A program made the translations under genes and the position numbers. A stretch of 64,000 bases of DNA from Gammaproteobacteria bacterium (lineage in GTDB: Bacteria; Pseudomonadota; Gammaproteobacteria; Eutrophobiales; Eutrophobiaceae), in assembly GCA_965221695.1 (NCBI GenBank), contig OZ244905.1, forward strand, positions 448,001-512,000, given 5' to 3'. The notes below the pieces were generated by a model. The model was not told the DNA's origin. It made no database searches and saw only the letters and a program-made list of their open reading frames with translations. This document shows positions 53,409-63,984 of this stretch, one piece after another. Positions within the stretch are counted from its first letter, which is position 1; every line of letters starts with the position of its first letter.

Positions 53409-55691
53409 ATGATGAAGATGACAAAGCATATGAAAGCTTTTTTATATTGTGTTGTACTGGGTTTGTTCAACCAGTTAACGGCGACCGCCCAGGTTCTCGA
53501 AGAAGTAGTCGTGACTGCTCGTAAGCGTAAGGAAGAAAGCTTGCAAGATGTGCCGATATCTATATCGGCTTTTAAAGGCGATAAGATGCAGGCAAATAGT
53601 ATACGTAACCTGGAAACACTTAGCGCGACAGTACCGAATTTCTTCATTGCAGAATCATTTATCGGTGATGCAATGTTTGTACGAGGAGTTGGCTCAGGAC
53701 AAAATAATTTCGGAGTAGAACAGGCAGTTGGTCTTGTTCTCGACGGCGTTTTCTATGGCCGCAGCCGTTTTTCGCGTCTGTCATTCCTTGACATCGAACG
53801 AGTGGAAGTGTTGAAGGGGCCACAGGGCGCACTCATAGGAAAAAATACTACTGCTGGCGCCATAAATATAACTACAAACAGACCGACCGATACATTCGAA
53901 GCGTCTATAACTCCTTCATACGAAGTATTGGCCGATGATGGGTTTTCAGTCGAAGCCGTGGTGTCGGGACCTATTACCAAAAACTTAAGCGCCAGAGCAG
54001 CCATATTGTATGAAGACCGGGACGGATATATTGATAATACTGAGACAGGCGCTGAACAAATTGCACGCGAAGATATTTTTGCCCGGGGAACTCTTCTATG
54101 GGAACCAACAGAGTCTCTGGATATGATACTTACCTATCAGTATGGAGATATGGACCACGAGGGAGAGAACAGTCAATATGCGACCTGTAACCTGACTGCG
54201 CCACAACTCCCTCCGCTTGGTCTTAATCTGACAACCATTCTGAATATAGGTAGTTCTGAGGACTGTAAGGCCAACTTCAAGCGCGCCGGAGCCGCTCCTA
54301 TTGCCAGTCGAGGACCAGGTGATTTTTCAGGAAAAGAAACCAGTTTTGATACCGTCAGCCTGGAAATAAACTGGGACATCGGCAATCACACTCTGACGTC
54401 TGTTACCGGTTGGGCCCAGTATCAATACCAGGACATACAGGATTCGGACCGCACACGTCTGGAAAACCTGACTGTTGATTTTGGTGAAGAGTATGAACAA
54501 TGGTCGCAGGAGATCAGGTTGACTTCACCGAATAATAGACAATTGGAGTACATAGCGGGAATGTATTTTCAATCAAAGGAACAACACAGCGATTATGGTA
54601 TTGATATTCTCGCTTTTCAGGCCCGGAGAAATACAAAAACGGACGAAGATGGAGAAACAATCGCGTTGTTTGGCCAGGTGACCTGGCATATGAGTGATCA
54701 ATGGGACCTGACAGTAGGAGGAAGGTACACCTATGAAAACAAGGAAGCACGATCACTGGGTTTTCCCAGCGCGGTATATACGGATATACCAATTGTTGTG
54801 CCCCCATTTGCACCTGCCGGACTGCCAAGAATACATGACGTTACAGACGATCTGAGTGAAAGTGATTTTTCACCCACTGTCAATTTACAATGGCGCCCAA
54901 ATGACAATGCGATGATCTATGCCAGCTTTGCCAGAGGCTTCAAAGCTGGCGCCTTCAATCACGCGCTGGTCGCGACCCAGGCTAACGCATTGGGATATTT
55001 TAAAGTCGCTTCGGAAGACGTATCTGCCTACGAAATTGGAACCAAGTGGACGTTTCTGGATCGCGCCGCTCAGTTAAATGCATCTATATTCAGGAGTGAA
55101 TTCAATGATTTGCAACAAACAGTCTTGCGCGGCGCTGACATCATAAATGATGTATTAAATGTTGGAGAATCCACCAGTCAGGGTATTGAAGTAGATATGC
55201 GTTGGCGGGCAACCGAGAACCTGACCCTCTTCGGCAGTATCGCCTTCCTGGATTCCGAATTTGACAAATTTCCTAATGCTACTTGCTATACTCTGCAAAG
55301 TCCAACTGAGTGCATTGCCGGTCAACAGGACCTTGCTGGCAGGCCGTTTCAATTTGCCGCCGATTGGCGGGGCTCTTTAAACGGCGAGTATGTCTGGCGC
55401 CTGAAAAATGGTTACCAGATAGTTGGCTTTCTGCAGGCGTACTTCTCCACAGACCATTTCCTGCAACAGGATCTGGACCCCAAGCTGGTTCAGGATGATT
55501 ACATTAAGTTTGATGGCACACTGTCTTTACACAGCCCTGATGACAAATGGGAGATATCCTTGATAGCGAGGAATCTGGGAAATCAAATTACCGCAAACTA
55601 TGGCGATGACATCCCGCTCCAGACCGGTTCAGTCTGGAAGAGCGTTGATCCACCTCGTTCTCTCACGATCCAGGGAACCTGGCGGTTCTAA
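53409..55691 (+). CDS. TonB-dependent receptor (start uncertain, 53397-53430)
   Basis: LEEVVVTARKR, IERVEVLKGPQG, C-terminal WRF. Confidence 0.93.
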   Translation: MMKMTKHMKAFLYCVVLGLFNQLTATAQVLEEVVVTARKRKEESLQDVPISISAFKGDKMQANSIRNLETLSATVPNFFIAESFIGDAMFVRGVGSGQNNFGVEQAVGLVLDGVFYGRSRFSRLSFLDIERVEVLKGPQGALIGKNTTAGAINITTNRPTDTFEASITPSYEVLADDGFSVEAVVSGPITKNLSARAAILYEDRDGYIDNTETGAEQIAREDIFARGTLLWEPTESLDMILTYQYGDMDHEGENSQYATCNLTAPQLPPLGLNLTTILNIGSSEDCKANFKRAGAAPIASRGPGDFSGKETSFDTVSLEINWDIGNHTLTSVTGWAQYQYQDIQDSDRTRLENLTVDFGEEYEQWSQEIRLTSPNNRQLEYIAGMYFQSKEQHSDYGIDILAFQARRNTKTDEDGETIALFGQVTWHMSDQWDLTVGGRYTYENKEARSLGFPSAVYTDIPIVVPPFAPAGLPRIHDVTDDLSESDFSPTVNLQWRPNDNAMIYASFARGFKAGAFNHALVATQANALGYFKVASEDVSAYEIGTKWTFLDRAAQLNASIFRSEFNDLQQTVLRGADIINDVLNVGESTSQGIEVDMRWRATENLTLFGSIAFLDSEFDKFPNATCYTLQSPTECIAGQQDLAGRPFQFAADWRGSLNGEYVWRLKNGYQIVGFLQAYFSTDHFLQQDLDPKLVQDDYIKFDGTLSLHSPDDKWEISLIARNLGNQITANYGDDIPLQTGSVWKSVDPPRSLTIQGTWRF

Positions 55692-55820
55692 GCATTTACT
55701 TGTTTCATAAGCATATTTTTGGTTTGCATGTTCCTGGCAATTAAAACGATTTCCTTTAACCGCAGATGTTATTCCCGCCGACATCACCCGGAGTAAATGC
55801 CGCCTGTATAATAGCTGCCT

Positions 55821-56792
55821 ATGAAACATGGAAAGATCGTAGCGAGCCGGTTCAAGCCTGCGTGGTGGTTGCCGGGTGGCAACCTGCAAACCCTGTGGCC
55901 TTATTTTTTTCGGCGTAGCCCGCGGTTGGCATTGACCCGTGAACGGTTGGAGTTGGCGGACGGCGATTTTGTTGACCTGTGCCTGACTGCAAACGCCGGC
56001 TCTCCGATGGTGGCGGTATTTCACGGCCTTGAAGGTTGTGTCGATTCTCATTACGCGAAGCCGTTGTTGGCAGCCGTTGAACGGCGTGGCTGGCATGGGG
56101 TGTTCATGCATTTTCGCGGTTGTAGCGGCGAACATAACCGGTTGCCGCGCGGCTACCATTCCGGGGACACCAGCGACATCGGTTTCCTGATCGAGCATTT
56201 GCAACAGCGTTATCCCGGCGTCCCCATCGCGGCTGTGGGTTATTCGCTCGGTGGCAATGCCCTGCTGAAGTATTTGGGAGAAGCGGACCGCAGCGGGAAG
56301 GCGGCTGCCGCGGCCGCCGTTTCCGTCCCTTATGTACTGGCGGAAGGGGCAAAACGGCTGAATAAAGGCTTCTCCAAGGTATACCAGCGCCGCCTGCTCG
56401 GCCTGCTGAAACGGAAGATCGCCGGGAAATTCAACGTCCAACAAGCCCCGTTTGACCTGGACGAGCTACCTCATCTCAACGATTTTTTCAGTTTTGACGA
56501 CAAGATCACTGCCCCCTTGCATGGCTTTGCCGGCGCGGACGATTATTACACGCGCAGCAATAGCCGGCAGTTTCTCAAGTCCATTACTGTTCCCGCGCTG
56601 CTGCTCCATGCCCGAAACGACCCGTTTATGAATGACGCCGTTATCCCGACACAGGACGAACTGTCCGAATCCGTGCAACTGGAGCTTGCGCAGACCGGCG
56701 GGCATATCGGATTTGTCAGCGGCAGGATGCCGGGGTATGCTGCGTACTGGCTGGAAGCGCGAATTATTGACTTTTTTAACAGTTATTTATAA
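55821..56792 (+). CDS. YheT-family alpha/beta hydrolase
   Basis: FHGLEG, FRGCSGE.N, GYSLGGN, DPF, GGHIGF. Confidence 0.9.
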   Translation: MKHGKIVASRFKPAWWLPGGNLQTLWPYFFRRSPRLALTRERLELADGDFVDLCLTANAGSPMVAVFHGLEGCVDSHYAKPLLAAVERRGWHGVFMHFRGCSGEHNRLPRGYHSGDTSDIGFLIEHLQQRYPGVPIAAVGYSLGGNALLKYLGEADRSGKAAAAAAVSVPYVLAEGAKRLNKGFSKVYQRRLLGLLKRKIAGKFNVQQAPFDLDELPHLNDFFSFDDKITAPLHGFAGADDYYTRSNSRQFLKSITVPALLLHARNDPFMNDAVIPTQDELSESVQLELAQTGGHIGFVSGRMPGYAAYWLEARIIDFFNSYL

Positions 56793-56845
56793 CAGAACCA
56801 GTGACTTGTACTACTGGCATGGGCGACTCACTTTAGAATAATACT

Positions 56846-57331
56846 ATGCTGCTGCAATTGAACCACCGTTTTTATCTGCTACTGGTTGCGCTGGCTTGCA
56901 TCGCGCTGCTTGGTTTCGGCTATTACCTGCAATTTGTGGGTGGTCTCGACCCCTGCCCGTTGTGCATCCTGCAACGGGCTGCATACCTGGGCGTCGGCAT
57001 TGTCTGCCTGATAGGGTTCTTTCATGGCAAGGCCAGCCGTAGCTACGGCGCGCTGGGCCTGGTATGCGCATTGGCCGGCGCACTGATTGCCGCGCGCCAG
57101 GTATGGCTGCAACATCTACCGCCGGAGCGTGTGCCTGAATGCGGTCCGGGCCTGGATTTCATCCTTCAGGCGTTTCCGCTTGCGGAAGCGCTTGAACTGA
57201 TTCTCACCGGGTCGGGCGAATGCGCCGAGACATTGTGGACATTCCTGTCCCTGAGCATCGCTGAGTGGAGTCTGTTCTGGTTTGCCGCGTTTTCCCTATT
57301 GTTGGCATATCGCTTGTTGACTGTAAGATAG
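56846..57331 (+). CDS. dsbB: Disulfide bond formation protein B
   Basis: PCPLCILQR, P.CGPGL, GSGECA. Confidence 0.93.
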   Translation: MLLQLNHRFYLLLVALACIALLGFGYYLQFVGGLDPCPLCILQRAAYLGVGIVCLIGFFHGKASRSYGALGLVCALAGALIAARQVWLQHLPPERVPECGPGLDFILQAFPLAEALELILTGSGECAETLWTFLSLSIAEWSLFWFAAFSLLLAYRLLTVR

Positions 57332-57342
57332 TCACTTGCCGT

Positions 57343-58701
57343 TCACCCGCGAAAGCCACCGCGCGGCATGTTGCCGCCCAGTCCGCGCATCATATTCTCG
57401 ATACCGCCTTTTTTACTCACTTTTTTCATCATTTTCTGCATCCGGCCAAACTGCTTCAGCAGGCGATTAATATCCTGCACATGCGTGCCTGAACCGGAAG
57501 CGATACGTTTCTTCCTGGAACCGTTGACAACGGCAGGGAAGCGCCGTTCGCCGGGTGTCATGGAGTTGATGATCGCCTCGAACCTGACTAGTTCACGTTC
57601 CTGGCCGGCAAGCTGCGCGGGCATTTGCTGCGCCCCTGGCAGCTTGTCCAACATGCCACTCAGTCCTCCCATGCGCTGCATCTGCCGGACCTGTTCGCGG
57701 AAGTCATCTAGGTCAAATCCTTTTCCCTTCTTCAGTTTCCTGGCGATCTTCTGCGCTTTTTCCTGGTCCGCTTTCTCCTGCGCTTCCTCAATCAGGCTCA
57801 ACATGTCTCCCATACCCAGTATGCGGGAGGCGATCCTATCGGGGTAAAACGGGGTCAGTTCGGAAACTTTCTCGCCGACGCCGAGGAATAGTACAGGTTT
57901 GCCTGTAACATGCCGCACTGAGAGCGCCGCCCCGCCCCGCGCGTCGCCGTCCACCTTGGTCAACACCACTCCGCTCAGCTCCAGGGTCTCGTTAAACGCC
58001 TGTGCCGCGTTAACCGCGTCCTGGCCCATCATGCTGTCCACCAGGAACAGGATATCGGAAGGATTGAGCGCGCGCTGAATGTCCTGAATCTCCGCCATCA
58101 TCTCCTCGTCAATATGCAGCCTCCCTGCCGTGTCGACGATGAGCACATCGGCAAAACGGGTCCTGGCATGTTTCAGCGCAGCCTCAGCGATGGCTACGGG
58201 TTGTTGCCGCTCTTGGGCAGTAAAATATTCAAGTTGATTTTGCTCAGCCAGCATTCGCAACTGTTCCAGCGCTGCCGGTCGGTAGATATCGCAACTGGTT
58301 ACCACGACGGATTTGTTGTGTTTATCCTGGCACCACTTGCCCAGTTTCACCACGGTAGTAGTCTTGCCTGCGCCTTGCAATCCGGCCATCAAAATGACTG
58401 CTGGCGGCGGGACACTTAAATTCAGCGTGGCTTGGCCGTCACCCATAAGGCGCACCAGTTCCTGCTGCACGACTTTTACCAACGCCTGGCCCGGAGTGAG
58501 GCTGCTTGACACATCTTTCCCCAGCGCTTTGGCTTCAACCTGTTCGATAAACGCTCTGACTACCGGTAGGGCTACATCCGCTTCAAGCAACGCCATGCGC
58601 ACATCGCGCAAAGCGGATGCAATATTGTCTTCTGTCAGACGCGCATGACCGCGCATCTGTTGAACGATACGACTGAAGCGCTCGCTTAAATTTTCAAACA
58701 T
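57343..58701 (-). CDS. ffh: Signal recognition particle protein
   Basis: GLQGAGKTT, DTAGRLH, DGDARGGAALS, Met-rich M domain. Confidence 0.98.
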   Translation of the reverse strand: MFENLSERFSRIVQQMRGHARLTEDNIASALRDVRMALLEADVALPVVRAFIEQVEAKALGKDVSSSLTPGQALVKVVQQELVRLMGDGQATLNLSVPPPAVILMAGLQGAGKTTTVVKLGKWCQDKHNKSVVVTSCDIYRPAALEQLRMLAEQNQLEYFTAQERQQPVAIAEAALKHARTRFADVLIVDTAGRLHIDEEMMAEIQDIQRALNPSDILFLVDSMMGQDAVNAAQAFNETLELSGVVLTKVDGDARGGAALSVRHVTGKPVLFLGVGEKVSELTPFYPDRIASRILGMGDMLSLIEEAQEKADQEKAQKIARKLKKGKGFDLDDFREQVRQMQRMGGLSGMLDKLPGAQQMPAQLAGQERELVRFEAIINSMTPGERRFPAVVNGSRKKRIASGSGTHVQDINRLLKQFGRMQKMMKKVSKKGGIENMMRGLGGNMPRGGFRG

Positions 58702-58744
58702 GTTATTCTCTTTTTCTCATATCCAGAGATTAGATATATCCGCA

Positions 58745-59560
58745 ATGGCAACCAGTACCACCCTCAGCGCCGCCGTCATTCTACTCTATTTACTGACCGC
58801 CGGCTGGCTGGGCATCAGGATTTTTCGTTTGCGCCTGGCAGCGGAAGCCTTCAATCATAAAATTGCCGCCCTCGCCGGGTTTGCGCTGTCAGGACATGCT
58901 CTGATCCTGTATCGCGAGATACTGGTCGAGACAGGTTTCAACCTGGGCTTCTTCCATGCGCTGTCTTTGATATGCTGGGTGATTGCGTTGTTTGCCGTTC
59001 TCATCGGTTTATACAGAGCCATGAGCAACCTGGTGGTAGTAATTTTTCCTGTGGCGGCGCTGGCGCTGGCGCTGGAAAGCTTTTTTGCCAGCACAAGCAT
59101 TATACCCGGAGGTGTCGTCGCCGGACTCAAAATTCATATCATGCTTTCTGTTGCCGCCTACAGCCTGCTCGCGTTGGGCGCGCTACAAGCGCTGATCCTG
59201 GCGTTTGAAGAAGCCAGGTTGCGCAATCGGCAACCTGTCAAAATCCTGAATATCCTGCCTCCTATGCAGATATTGGAAGAACTGCTGGCGCAGATCCTGG
59301 CCATCGGTTTTTTCCTGCTCAGCTTGAGCCTGGCGACGGGCCTGATGTTCCTGCACGACATGCTGGAACAGCGCCTGTCCCACAAAGTTGTTTTATCCAT
59401 CCTTGCCTGGCTTATCTTTGCCGTTGTGCTCTGGGGAAGATGGTTCCGTGGTTGGCGCGGTCGTAAATTGATCCATTGGGTCCTGGGTGGTTTCGCTTCT
59501 TTATTGTTGGCATATTTTGGCTCAAAACTGGCGCTGGAACTCATCTTGCAACGGGTCTGA
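58745..59560 (+). CDS. YpjD/CcsA-like cytochrome c assembly family membrane protein
   Basis: HI..S..AY, LPP, HK..LS..AW, GWRG, LAYFGSK; divergent from ffh. Confidence 0.88.
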   Translation: MATSTTLSAAVILLYLLTAGWLGIRIFRLRLAAEAFNHKIAALAGFALSGHALILYREILVETGFNLGFFHALSLICWVIALFAVLIGLYRAMSNLVVVIFPVAALALALESFFASTSIIPGGVVAGLKIHIMLSVAAYSLLALGALQALILAFEEARLRNRQPVKILNILPPMQILEELLAQILAIGFFLLSLSLATGLMFLHDMLEQRLSHKVVLSILAWLIFAVVLWGRWFRGWRGRKLIHWVLGGFASLLLAYFGSKLALELILQRV

Positions 59561-59645
59561 GCCGTCCCATCCACATGGATCGCGCTTGCGCCCTGTCAAC
59601 GAATAAGTAGACAATATCCATCCATTTCAAATCGAGGCCATATCT

Positions 59646-60938
59646 ATGGACGATGTTTCCATATTATTGTTATCAGGCATTCTGATCCTGCTAATCGCCG
59701 TAGCTGCATTCTTCTCCGGCTCTGAGACCAGTATGATGGCGGTCAACCGCTACCGTCTGCGACATCTTGCTAATGACGGTCACCGCGGCGCCATTAACAC
59801 AGCCAACCTGTTGAAGCGAACGGATCGGCTGCTGGGTCTGATCCTGTTGTGCAATAACATCGTCAACTTCTACGCCGCATCCTTGGGCGTGGTCATTGCA
59901 GTCAGGTTGATGGGGGACATCGGTTACGCGCTGGGACCGGTCATACTTACCATCATCTTCCTGGTATTTGCAGAAACAGCTCCCAAGACCGTCGCCGCTT
60001 TTCGTCCGGAGCGTTTCGCCTTCCCGGCCTCATATGTCCTCAAGCCATTGGCGATCGTCTGTTATCCCTTTGTGCTGGCAATCAATTGGATGGCTAATAA
60101 AGTCCTGGCATTACTGCGCTTCAAGCTTGACGGGACGGAGCACACGAGCCTGTCGCGGGAAGAATTGAAAACTGCCTTATCCGAAGCCGGTAAGATGCTC
60201 CCTGCCCGGCACCTGGATATGCTGCTCGGTATTCTCGACCTTGAGCAGGAGACGGTAGAAGATATCATGGTGCCTCGCAACGAAATTACCGGATTGGATA
60301 TCAACGATGACTTGGTCGAGAGTCTGAACTATATCACCCAAAGTTCCCATACCCGCCTGGCTCTGTACCGGGACAATCTGGATAATATTATCGGAGTAAT
60401 TCACGTGCGGCGAGCCATGCGCCTGCTTAAAGATATCCATGAAATTACCCGGCAAGACCTGGAGAAGATTGCTGAGGAACCGCACTTCGTGCCGCTCAAC
60501 GCATCCCTGAATTCGCAGTTGCTGAATTTTCAACGGACGAAAAAACGTCTGGGATTCGTGGTTGACGAATATGGGACGGTCCAAGGACTGGTCACGCTGG
60601 AAGACATCCTGGAAGAGATTGTCGGCGAGTTCACGACTGACTTCCAAACCTTTAACGTGGACATCATCAGACAGGATGACGGGTCCTTCATGATCAACGG
60701 CGGGGCAACCTTAAGGGATATCAACCGTGAACTGGCCTGGAAGCTGCCGGCCAACGGACCAAAAACCCTGAACGGACTGGTGTTGGAACGTCTGGAAACC
60801 ATGCCGGAACCCGGAATGACACTCAAACTCGACAATTACACACTTGAGATCACCCAGGTAACTGACAATGCGGTGAAATCAGTCCGGGTAAAACTGTTGG
60901 AACCTCAAGATAGTTTCATCACAACCACCAATCAATGA
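59646..60938 (+). CDS. HlyC/CorC (CNNM-CBS) family transporter, YfjD-like
   Basis: FFSGSET, VEDIMVPR, VVDEYG.V.GLVTLEDILEEIVG. Confidence 0.92.
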   Translation: MDDVSILLLSGILILLIAVAAFFSGSETSMMAVNRYRLRHLANDGHRGAINTANLLKRTDRLLGLILLCNNIVNFYAASLGVVIAVRLMGDIGYALGPVILTIIFLVFAETAPKTVAAFRPERFAFPASYVLKPLAIVCYPFVLAINWMANKVLALLRFKLDGTEHTSLSREELKTALSEAGKMLPARHLDMLLGILDLEQETVEDIMVPRNEITGLDINDDLVESLNYITQSSHTRLALYRDNLDNIIGVIHVRRAMRLLKDIHEITRQDLEKIAEEPHFVPLNASLNSQLLNFQRTKKRLGFVVDEYGTVQGLVTLEDILEEIVGEFTTDFQTFNVDIIRQDDGSFMINGGATLRDINRELAWKLPANGPKTLNGLVLERLETMPEPGMTLKLDNYTLEITQVTDNAVKSVRVKLLEPQDSFITTTNQ

Positions 60939-61627
60939 ACAAGAACCAAATCACGCTACTGGTAACAATCATCATACTGGTGGCGCTGTTCTTTATCTTT
61001 GATCTGGGCCGATACCTCAACCTGGAATTTGTAAAGCAACAACAGGGCGCAATGGATGCCTTTTATGAGACGGAACCGTTACTCACGGTCGTGTCATTCT
61101 TTTTCCTGTATATATTCATTACCGGCCTGTCGCTGCCGGGCGCGACCATCTTCACCCTTGCCGCCGGCGCCATTTTCGGGCTGTTGTGGGGAACCGTCAT
61201 CTCCTCTTTTGCGTCCACCATCGGCGCGACCCTGGCTTTCCTGTTGTCCCGCTACCTGTTCAGGGAAACCATACAAGACCGTTACGCCAACAGGCTCGCG
61301 GCCATCAACAGGGGGATTGCCGAGGAAGGCGCATTTTACCTGTTCACGCTGCGCCTGGCGCCCATCTTCCCGTATTTCATCATCAATCTGGTCATGGGCT
61401 TAACTCCCATCAGGGCGCTGACCTTCTTCCTCGTGAGTCAGGCCGGGATGCTTGCCGGCACCATCGTGTACGTGAACGCGGGCACACAGATCGCCAAAAT
61501 CGAGCAACTCAAGGATATCGCATCCCCGGCCCTGATCCTGTCTTTCGTCCTGCTGGGCATCTTCCCGCTACTGGCAAAAAAGACGGTGGATTACCTGAAA
61601 CAGCGCAAGGAGAAGACCCGTGGCTGA
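60935..61627 (+). CDS. TVP38/TMEM64 (DedA-like) membrane protein
   Basis: LSLPGA, GATLAFL.SRY, LRL.P.FP, SQ.GML.GT.VYVNAG. Confidence 0.9.
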   Translation: MNKNQITLLVTIIILVALFFIFDLGRYLNLEFVKQQQGAMDAFYETEPLLTVVSFFFLYIFITGLSLPGATIFTLAAGAIFGLLWGTVISSFASTIGATLAFLLSRYLFRETIQDRYANRLAAINRGIAEEGAFYLFTLRLAPIFPYFIINLVMGLTPIRALTFFLVSQAGMLAGTIVYVNAGTQIAKIEQLKDIASPALILSFVLLGIFPLLAKKTVDYLKQRKEKTRG

Positions 61628-62972
61628 ATTTGATTATGACCTGTTTGTGATTGGCGCCGGGTCGGGCGGCGTACGCGCGGCGCGCATGGCCGGTGGCTTC
61701 GGCGCAAGGGTTGCAGTGGCCGAGGAACGTTACCTGGGCGGCACCTGCGTTAATGTTGGATGCATCCCGAAAAAGCTGTTCGTCTATGCCGCACACTATG
61801 CCGAGGAATTCCGGGATGCCGCAGGTTATGGCTGGCAGGTTTCCGAACCGAACTTTAACTGGAACGTGCTACTGAATAATAAGAATAATGAAATCAATAG
61901 ACTAAATAATATATATGAGAACTTACTTAAACGTAATAATGTAGACATTTACGACGGCAGGGCCATTATCGAGGGACCGAACACGGTCCGGGTCAACGGC
62001 GAGAATATCAGCGCCAAACGCATCCTGGTGGCGACCGGCGGCTGGCCCCATATCCCGGACATTCCCGGCAAGGAGCATGTGATATCCTCCAACGAGGCGT
62101 TCTATATCGATACCCTGCCGCAACGCGCGGTGATTGTCGGCGGTGGATATATCGCAGTGGAATTTGCCGGCATCTTCCACGGTCTCGGTGTGGATACCAC
62201 CCTGGTCTACCGCGGCGACCTGTTCCTGCGCGGATTTGACAGAGAAATGTGCCAGTTTCTTGCCGAACAACTGCGCGCCAAAGGAATAAAACTCCTGTTT
62301 AATACCCTGATCAACGGCATAGAGTTGGAAAATAGCCACTACAAGGTCAATTTAGCCGGTACAAGGGCAATATCAACAGATTTGGTCTTGTACGCGACCG
62401 GGCGCCGGCCCAACACCACAAACCTGGGCCTGGAAACAGCCGGTGTAAGGCTTAACAACAAAAGAGCGATCGTGGTCGATGACGAATATCGCAGCTCTGT
62501 CTCATCCATCTACGCGATCGGCGATGTGACCGACCGCATGAACCTGACTCCCGTCGCCACCGCGGAAGGCACGACGCTGGCCAATAACCTGTTCAACAAC
62601 CAGTCACGACGCGTCGATTACCACGATATCCCCACCTGCATCTTCAGCCAGCCCAACCTGGGCACGGTCGGCCTGACCGAGGAACAGGCCAGAGAGGAAT
62701 ACAAAAACGTGGATATTTACAAATCCCGCTTCACCAGCCTGAAACACACACTGACCGGCAACAGCGAGAAAACCCTGATAAAGCTGATCGTCGACAGGGA
62801 TACTGACAAGGTTCTAGGCGCGCACATGGTTGGGTCTGAAGCCGGTGAAATTATCCAAGGCATCGGCATCGCCATTAAGGCCGGGGCTACCAAGGCAATC
62901 TTTGACACAACCATTGGCATTCACCCAACCTCCGCAGAGGAATTTGTGACCATGCGGGAACCGGTTGACTAA
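61620..62972 (+). CDS. gor: Glutathione-disulfide reductase
   Basis: GAGSGGVRAAR, GGTCVNVGCIPKK, GGGYIAVEFAG, IHPTSAEE. Confidence 0.96.
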   Translation: MAEFDYDLFVIGAGSGGVRAARMAGGFGARVAVAEERYLGGTCVNVGCIPKKLFVYAAHYAEEFRDAAGYGWQVSEPNFNWNVLLNNKNNEINRLNNIYENLLKRNNVDIYDGRAIIEGPNTVRVNGENISAKRILVATGGWPHIPDIPGKEHVISSNEAFYIDTLPQRAVIVGGGYIAVEFAGIFHGLGVDTTLVYRGDLFLRGFDREMCQFLAEQLRAKGIKLLFNTLINGIELENSHYKVNLAGTRAISTDLVLYATGRRPNTTNLGLETAGVRLNNKRAIVVDDEYRSSVSSIYAIGDVTDRMNLTPVATAEGTTLANNLFNNQSRRVDYHDIPTCIFSQPNLGTVGLTEEQAREEYKNVDIYKSRFTSLKHTLTGNSEKTLIKLIVDRDTDKVLGAHMVGSEAGEIIQGIGIAIKAGATKAIFDTTIGIHPTSAEEFVTMREPVD

Positions 62973-63016
62973 TTCGGAGTACGTAGCATTCCGATTATGG
63001 GGGTTTAGAGACACCC

Positions 63017-63877
63017 TTATCCTTTCTCAAAAAACGAGGAGTAATCCTGAAAAAACCGGCGCAACGTCGTGGGCGCCTTGCCCGTTACCTGAGCATAGAC
63101 ATCATTTTGCAAGGCGCCGCTACCTTGCGCGATCAATTCAAACAGTTCCGAGACGGTCTCCACGTACCAGTCGTCGGGCACCCATTGCAATAATGATTTT
63201 TTAAATTCTGCCGGTGGCGCGTCGATATAGCGGATCTCTCTGCCCATCACTTCTGATAGCTGAGTTGCGATGTCGTGGAAAGACAGTAGTTCGCGGCCTG
63301 TGATCTCATAGATTTTGCCGTCGTGACCGGAACCGGACAGGACCGATAGGATAAAACGCGCCACATCGCGCACATCAATGATCCCGACCTGACCATCACG
63401 CATCGGCAGGTAAAATTTATCTTCCTCCACAATGGAGGCGGCGATATGCAACATGTTCTGCATGAAGAAATTGGGCCGCACCAGCGTATAACCTATGCCC
63501 GATGCCCGAATATACTCCTCGGTCTCGCCGTGGTAACGCTTCAGCAATGCCGTTGAGTCCCTGTCAGCGCCGTTTGCAGACATCTTGACGATATGTCCGA
63601 CGCCTCTCTCCAATGCCGCGTCCACAAAGCTCTTTTCCAATTCCAATTGCTCCCTGGCGTTTGCCATCAATAAAAATGCCTGGTCACAATCCTGCAAGGC
63701 TTTTCTGACGGCAACCGGGTTGTCCAGGTCGCCGTAGAAGGTCTCAATGCCAGCGTTCGTTAATGCGCTTGCCTTACCCGGATCCCTGATTAACCCCCTT
63801 GCTTGAATGTTATATTCAGGCAACAGCTTTATAATTTCCGCGCCGACCGCACCGGTCAGGCCTGTGAACAAGATCAT
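63017..63877 (-). CDS. NmrA-like atypical SDR oxidoreductase
   Basis: TGLTGAVG, RPNFFMQN, IDVRDVA, YEITG. Confidence 0.88.
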   Translation of the reverse strand: MILFTGLTGAVGAEIIKLLPEYNIQARGLIRDPGKASALTNAGIETFYGDLDNPVAVRKALQDCDQAFLLMANAREQLELEKSFVDAALERGVGHIVKMSANGADRDSTALLKRYHGETEEYIRASGIGYTLVRPNFFMQNMLHIAASIVEEDKFYLPMRDGQVGIIDVRDVARFILSVLSGSGHDGKIYEITGRELLSFHDIATQLSEVMGREIRYIDAPPAEFKKSLLQWVPDDWYVETVSELFELIAQGSGALQNDVYAQVTGKAPTTLRRFFQDYSSFFEKG

Positions 63878-63898
63878 TGCTTCAAAACCTCTGTTTAA

Positions 63899-63984
63899 GA
63901 AACCTCTGATTAAGTCTCAGAGGTTCCTGCGATACAGGAATGTGTCGCTCTGACAAGTCCAGGATGAATTTGTTCAGAGCTTCT
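63899..63984 (-). mobile_element. Internally deleted MITE (86 bp, copy 4) with TTAA duplication
   Basis: TTAA|GAAACCTCTGATTAAG...TGTTCAGAGCTTCT|TTAA; central hairpin missing. Confidence 0.82.

Noticed and set aside
61870-61950. AT-rich patches inside gor (and ftsK at about 22200-22290)
   Set aside because: Frames remain open with plausible Asn/Ile/Lys-rich sequence; no insertion boundaries
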